Source: Clostridia bacterium (GTDB lineage Bacteria > Bacillota > Clostridia > TANB77 > CAG-465). Taken from it: DNA of 64,000 nucleotides. The number at the start of each line of letters is the position of its first letter. The first letter of the stretch is position 1. The stretch spans positions 2,348-66,347 of the forward strand of contig JAFXHJ010000012.1 in NCBI GenBank assembly GCA_017536445.1, written 5' to 3'. Positions 60,278 through 64,000 of the stretch are shown here, in pieces. The notes below the pieces were generated by a model. That model ran no database searches. It was given only the letters and a program-made list of their open reading frames with translations, and was not told the origin of the DNA. The position numbers and the translations under genes were made by a program.

Positions 60278-60676
60278 TTACATTTTGTTTTCCTTAAGGA
60301 CATCCGCAAGATTGATTTTACCAGAACCTGCTCCCACAAGTGTTACTTGTGTTTCTGCTCCTTGGCCAATCCAGGTAATCATCTCAATAGTAGTCTCATC
60401 ATCCAAGTTGATAACTACCATAAGCCTTACAAAACCATTTTCACTGCCTTCGACTTCAATTCCATGTTTCTCACAGTATCCGTGAACAAGATAAAAGAAC
60501 TTAGAAATTTTATATATTCTTTCTTGTTCTTCTTCAGATGCTGCTCTGTTTTCTGTGGCATTGGGATTGTCTGTAAAAAACTTGTGCTCCTTTACATACC
60601 TCTTAAGCCAAGAAATATACTCAGGCTTAAGTGTAGAATAGAGACTTTCTAAATAACCTTCTACGAAACTCTTCAT
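60278..60676 (-). CDS. hypothetical protein
   Basis: 132-aa ORF. Confidence 0.45.
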   Translation of the reverse strand: MKSFVEGYLESLYSTLKPEYISWLKRYVKEHKFFTDNPNATENRAASEEEQERIYKISKFFYLVHGYCEKHGIEVEGSENGFVRLMVVINLDDETTIEMITWIGQGAETQVTLVGAGSGKINLADVLKENKM

Positions 60677-60804
60677 GCTAATTCTCCTTACATTAGTAAT
60701 GTGATTTGTTTTTCTACCGACAAGAATTATATCACAAAAAGGTATGTTTTACAACAAAAAGAAAGAACCCAACAAGTGGGTTCTTTAAGATACTGTATTA
60801 ATTA

Positions 60805-61080
60805 TTATTTGTTAACAGTTTCTTTTAAAGCTTTACCAGCTTTGAATACTGGAGCTTTAGAAGCAGGTATTTTTATTTCTGCTTTAGTTTGAGGATTTCT
60901 TCCTTTTCTTGCAGCTCTTTGTCTAACTTCAAAAGTACCAAATCCAACTAATTGAACTTTTTCTCCTTTTTTTAGAGCACCTTCTACTGATGATACGAAA
61001 GCGTCTAAAGCAGCTTCAGCAGCTTTTTTAGTTAATTTGCTTTCTTCAGCGATTTTTGCAATAAGTTCACCTTTATTCAT
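60805..61080 (-). CDS. hup: DNA-binding protein HU
   Basis: [28 protein letters not shown]...[20 protein letters not shown]. Confidence 0.9.
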   Translation of the reverse strand: MNKGELIAKIAEESKLTKKAAEAALDAFVSSVEGALKKGEKVQLVGFGTFEVRQRAARKGRNPQTKAEIKIPASKAPVFKAGKALKETVNK

Positions 61081-61433
61081 ATTTCTTACCTCCTGTAATA
61101 AGATTACAACTAAGTTATACTTCATGAATGGCTAAAAGTCAACACTTTTTGGAAACTTTTTTATTTCAAAATTCTCACGTTACATATTAAGTTTCCATAA
61201 TTATTAAACATTGATGAAATATTATTAATATTATATCTTAAAACCCTTTATTTATGCGCGTTTTGTAAGATTAAAGCTTCTTTCCTTTATATTTTATGTA
61301 TACCAAATATTTTTTTAAAAATTTTCGCCGTTTTTCTTCTTTTTATGCACTTTTTAGATACATTTTTCCCTTAAATTCCCTATTTACATTGTATTTTTTA
61401 TATATAAATAGTATAATATTTTTGGTGAAAATA

Positions 61434-61877
61434 ATGAAAATAACAACACATTCAGAAAAAGAAACAGAAAATTTTGCATATGAATTTGCAAAAAAATTAG
61501 ATAATAACAGTATAATAGTTTTAACTGGAGATTTAGGAACTGGTAAAACAAGATTTATGCGTGGAGTTGCAAGATACTTTGGAATAGAAAACGATGTCTC
61601 TTCTCCTACCTTTACCATAGTTAATGAATATACTCCAAAAGAGAATTTAGATAAGGTAAATAGAATATTCCATTTTGATACATATCGTTTAACAGATGGT
61701 GAAGATTTTGAAAACACAATAGGAACCGACTACTTCCACTCTGGGTTATGTATTATTGAATGGGGCGAAATAATTAAAGATATATTACCTAAAGATACAA
61801 TATATATAACAATAACTAGAAATAACGAATATGAAGATAACGAAAGAACGATAGAAATCTTAGGAGGAAATATTTAA
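61434..61877 (+). CDS. tsaE: tRNA t6A37 biosynthesis ATPase TsaE
   Basis: P-loop LTGDLGTGKTRF. Confidence 0.8.
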   Translation: MKITTHSEKETENFAYEFAKKLDNNSIIVLTGDLGTGKTRFMRGVARYFGIENDVSSPTFTIVNEYTPKENLDKVNRIFHFDTYRLTDGEDFENTIGTDYFHSGLCIIEWGEIIKDILPKDTIYITITRNNEYEDNERTIEILGGNI

Positions 61878-62560
61878 TGAACATATTAGCAATAGATAGT
61901 ACAACTAAAAAAGCTGCAGTAGCATTAATGTTAAATGATACCACTTATGTTAAAGAAATAGATAATGAAATAACTCACTCAGAAAAGCTTCTACCTTTAG
62001 TAGATGAAGTTCTTAATGAACATAATGTAAAAGTTAAAGATATGGATCTATTAGCATGTACTTTAGGTCCTGGTTCTTTTACTGGTGTAAGAATTGGTAT
62101 AGCTACTGTTAAAGCTTTAGCTAAAGTATTAAATAAAAAAATACTTGGTGTAACAAGTTTAAAGCTTATGGCACTAAATCATTTAGATACAGATCACAAA
62201 TATATATTATCTACACTAGATGCAAAAAATACTAGAGTATATTATGAACTATTTGAAGTTACAGATAATAAAGAATTAAAAGAAACAAATGTATCTGGCA
62301 ACCTTCCATACGAAGCTCTAATTAGCCTTCTAAAAGGAAACGAAATAGCAGACATGTTAGTTGTTACAGATAATACAGAAATGCTTAAAAATCCATTTAC
62401 TGAGCAAATAACAGGTACAGAAGTTATATCTTCTACCTTAGATTTAAGAAATATATTTAAGGAAGATGTAAATGAATCTAATACATATACATACGAAACA
62501 TTAGACGCAATGTATTTTAGAAACAGTGAAGCTGAAAGAACTCGTGATGGTGAAAAATAA
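61877..62560 (+). CDS. tsaB: tRNA t6A37 biosynthesis protein TsaB (inactive Kae1 paralog)
   Basis: MNILAIDSTT, YeaZ fold. Confidence 0.8.
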   Translation: MNILAIDSTTKKAAVALMLNDTTYVKEIDNEITHSEKLLPLVDEVLNEHNVKVKDMDLLACTLGPGSFTGVRIGIATVKALAKVLNKKILGVTSLKLMALNHLDTDHKYILSTLDAKNTRVYYELFEVTDNKELKETNVSGNLPYEALISLLKGNEIADMLVVTDNTEMLKNPFTEQITGTEVISSTLDLRNIFKEDVNESNTYTYETLDAMYFRNSEAERTRDGEK

Positions 62561-63009
62561 TGGAAAACATATCTATAACAAAAGCGGACAGTTCTCACCT
62601 AGAGCAAATTGAAGCTATAGAAAAAACATTAGAACATAGAAATCTTTCATATGATTCAATAAAAAAAGATTTAGAAAGAGATAACGCGTATTATCTTGTA
62701 GCAATAGACAATACTACAAACATTGTAGTTGGATATATAGGATGTGAACTATTAGTAGATCATGCAGATATAGTCTCAATAGCAACAGATAAAAACCACC
62801 TAAAACAAGGTATTGCTTCTTCTCTACTAAACACTTTAGAAAAAGAATTAAAAGAGAAAAAAATAGAAAGTATATTCCTTGAGGTACGTACATCAAACCT
62901 TCCTGCTATTAACCTATATACAAAACTAAACTATAATAAAATATCTACTAGAACTAAATATTATGATAATCTAGAAGATGCAAATATAATGAAAAAGGAC
63001 TTAATTTAA
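62560..63009 (+). CDS. rimI: ribosomal-protein-alanine N-acetyltransferase
   Basis: GNAT motifs. Operon tsaE-tsaB-rimI. Confidence 0.8.
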   Translation: MENISITKADSSHLEQIEAIEKTLEHRNLSYDSIKKDLERDNAYYLVAIDNTTNIVVGYIGCELLVDHADIVSIATDKNHLKQGIASSLLNTLEKELKEKKIESIFLEVRTSNLPAINLYTKLNYNKISTRTKYYDNLEDANIMKKDLI

Positions 63010-63022
63010 TAAGTCCTTTTCT

Positions 63023-63058
63023 CACATTTTATACAAAATATTGCATTATGTAACATAA
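63023..63058. terminator. bidirectional terminator (perfect 15-bp inverted repeat)
   Basis: AAATATTGCATTATG-TAAC-ATAATGCAATATTT between rimI and paralog 3. Confidence 0.65.
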
Positions 63059-63129
63059 TGCAATATTTTGTGCGCTTACGCGGGTGGGAATTAGCCACCA
63101 CTTGCGCACACTTTGCATTAGTGCCTCCG
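63059..63129 (-). other. conserved GC-rich structured 3' UTR element (copy 2)
   Basis: GTGCGCAAGTGGTGGCTAATTCCCACCCGCGTAAGCGCAC. See 54503-54595. Confidence 0.5.
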
Positions 63130-63990
63130 TTATTTTGTTAAGCTAAAATCATATTCTCCTGTTCCTGCTATTGCTGGGATACTAGATTTTAGACAAACTA
63201 CGGGACGCACACCAATAGCACAGTTGCAGGAGTCATCGCCCACATTGCCAGAGCCCGCAACCATAACACTGCTACCGTGGCTAGCAGACGGAGACGCCAA
63301 CCAATAGTAATCTGACGGTACATATAATCCATCACTTGTTACGTATACATAGTAGGCATTATTTATCTTGTATCCATCTGTGTCTGTTGTTAGTTCCATT
63401 GTTGGTGTATAGCCCTTTGCATTCCATCCTGCTGCTAATAACTCTAATGTTGGTCCTCCTATTGCTCCTACTACATTTGTTCCATATGTTGTTGTATTTG
63501 CAAAGTTTGCATAGTCTTTTATTAATTGTGCTACTGCTTGACAGTTATGCATTGTATAATTATTTTCATCTGTAGATGTATCTATTAATGTATACTTATC
63601 TGCATTACCTACTCTAAATTTTTCATATAATGCTAATTCATCGCTAGTTAAACTTGCTACTGTTGTTCCTTTATCCATTGAAACTTCTTCAACATAACTT
63701 TCAGATATTAAATATACATAGTCGCTATTATGATAATATATTTGCCAATCATCATATGTTGTTCCATCTACCGTTACAGTATAATCTACTTTGTCTCCAT
63801 AGTTAGCTTTAGAGATTAATGAACCTAGTCCAGCCCCTGATTGTGTGTTGTCTCCACCGCCATTGTTTTTATTTTCTATTGTAACTCCTGTATCTGTTAC
63901 CGTTATATCCCATTTGTCTGCCGTTACTCCTTGTTTACCTAATTCTTCTGTTACTTTATCTATTAGTTCTTGGCCTCTTAGATTATCCAT
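63130..63990 (-). CDS. DUF1566-like surface protein (paralog 3), N-terminus beyond window end
   Basis: C-terminus GVRPVVCLKSSIPAIAGTGEYDFSLTK. Long identical nucleotide blocks shared with paralog 2. Confidence 0.6.
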   Translation of the reverse strand: MDNLRGQELIDKVTEELGKQGVTADKWDITVTDTGVTIENKNNGGGDNTQSGAGLGSLISKANYGDKVDYTVTVDGTTYDDWQIYYHNSDYVYLISESYVEEVSMDKGTTVASLTSDELALYEKFRVGNADKYTLIDTSTDENNYTMHNCQAVAQLIKDYANFANTTTYGTNVVGAIGGPTLELLAAGWNAKGYTPTMELTTDTDGYKINNAYYVYVTSDGLYVPSDYYWLASPSASHGSSVMVAGSGNVGDDSCNCAIGVRPVVCLKSSIPAIAGTGEYDFSLTK

Positions 63991-64000
63991 ATAGGCATCT

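Noticed and set aside
54596-63990. DUF1566 paralogs 2 and 3 as an invertible or phase-variable shufflon
   Set aside because: The copies are direct (same strand) repeats 8.5 kb apart flanking essential genes (dusB, rodA, hup, tsaEB). Recombination between them would delete core genes. No recombinase gene and no inverted repeats were found.
1-64000. CRISPR arrays, rRNA genes, transposases or integrases
   Set aside because: No regularly spaced short direct repeats, no rRNA-like conserved blocks, and no DDE/tyrosine/serine recombinase motifs in any frame of this window.

Overview
This window looks like low-GC (about 27 to 30 % GC) Firmicutes chromosomal DNA of Clostridium type, dense with housekeeping genes. 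These include the thrS 5' end with a T-box leader, queH, ruvB, hisS, cmk, plsC, argS, ychF, rpoD-dnaG, pyk, ispH, rpmB, rlmD, dusB, rodA, hup and tsaE-tsaB-rimI. Several accessory insertions interrupt them.

The most notable features are:
1. A tRNA-Tyr(GUA) gene split by a 221-nt ORF-less group I intron. The P/Q/R/S core elements, a 5' exon ending in U and an intron-terminal G are all readable.
2. A roughly 520-nt structured non-coding leader, transcribed from a consensus sigma-A promoter into a small 4-TM DUF21/CNNM-type membrane protein. This matches the OLE RNA / OapA ribonucleoprotein arrangement.
3. A 1.45-kb Fic/DOC cassette bracketed by about 100-bp imperfect direct repeats that duplicate the 3' end of an adjacent GC-rich beta-CASP MBL nuclease gene. 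An antitoxin-less mazF/endoA-like toxin gene sits next to it.
4. Three paralogous DUF1566-type (Lcl C-terminal domain) proteins with non-canonical prepilin-like N-termini. Two are mosaic near-identical copies that share a GC-rich structured 3' UTR element.
5. Several compositionally foreign (GC-rich, AAG/GCN codon-biased) genes: flotillin floT, a 2-TM protein next to the tRNAs, and a DUF4177 pair with a Zn-ribbon protein.
6. A frameshifted long PemK-like gene, a tiny Cys/Gly-rich YjcZ-like peptide gene, and a GspS/YgiC-like ATP-grasp two-gene module.

No CRISPR array, rRNA, transposase or integrase is present.
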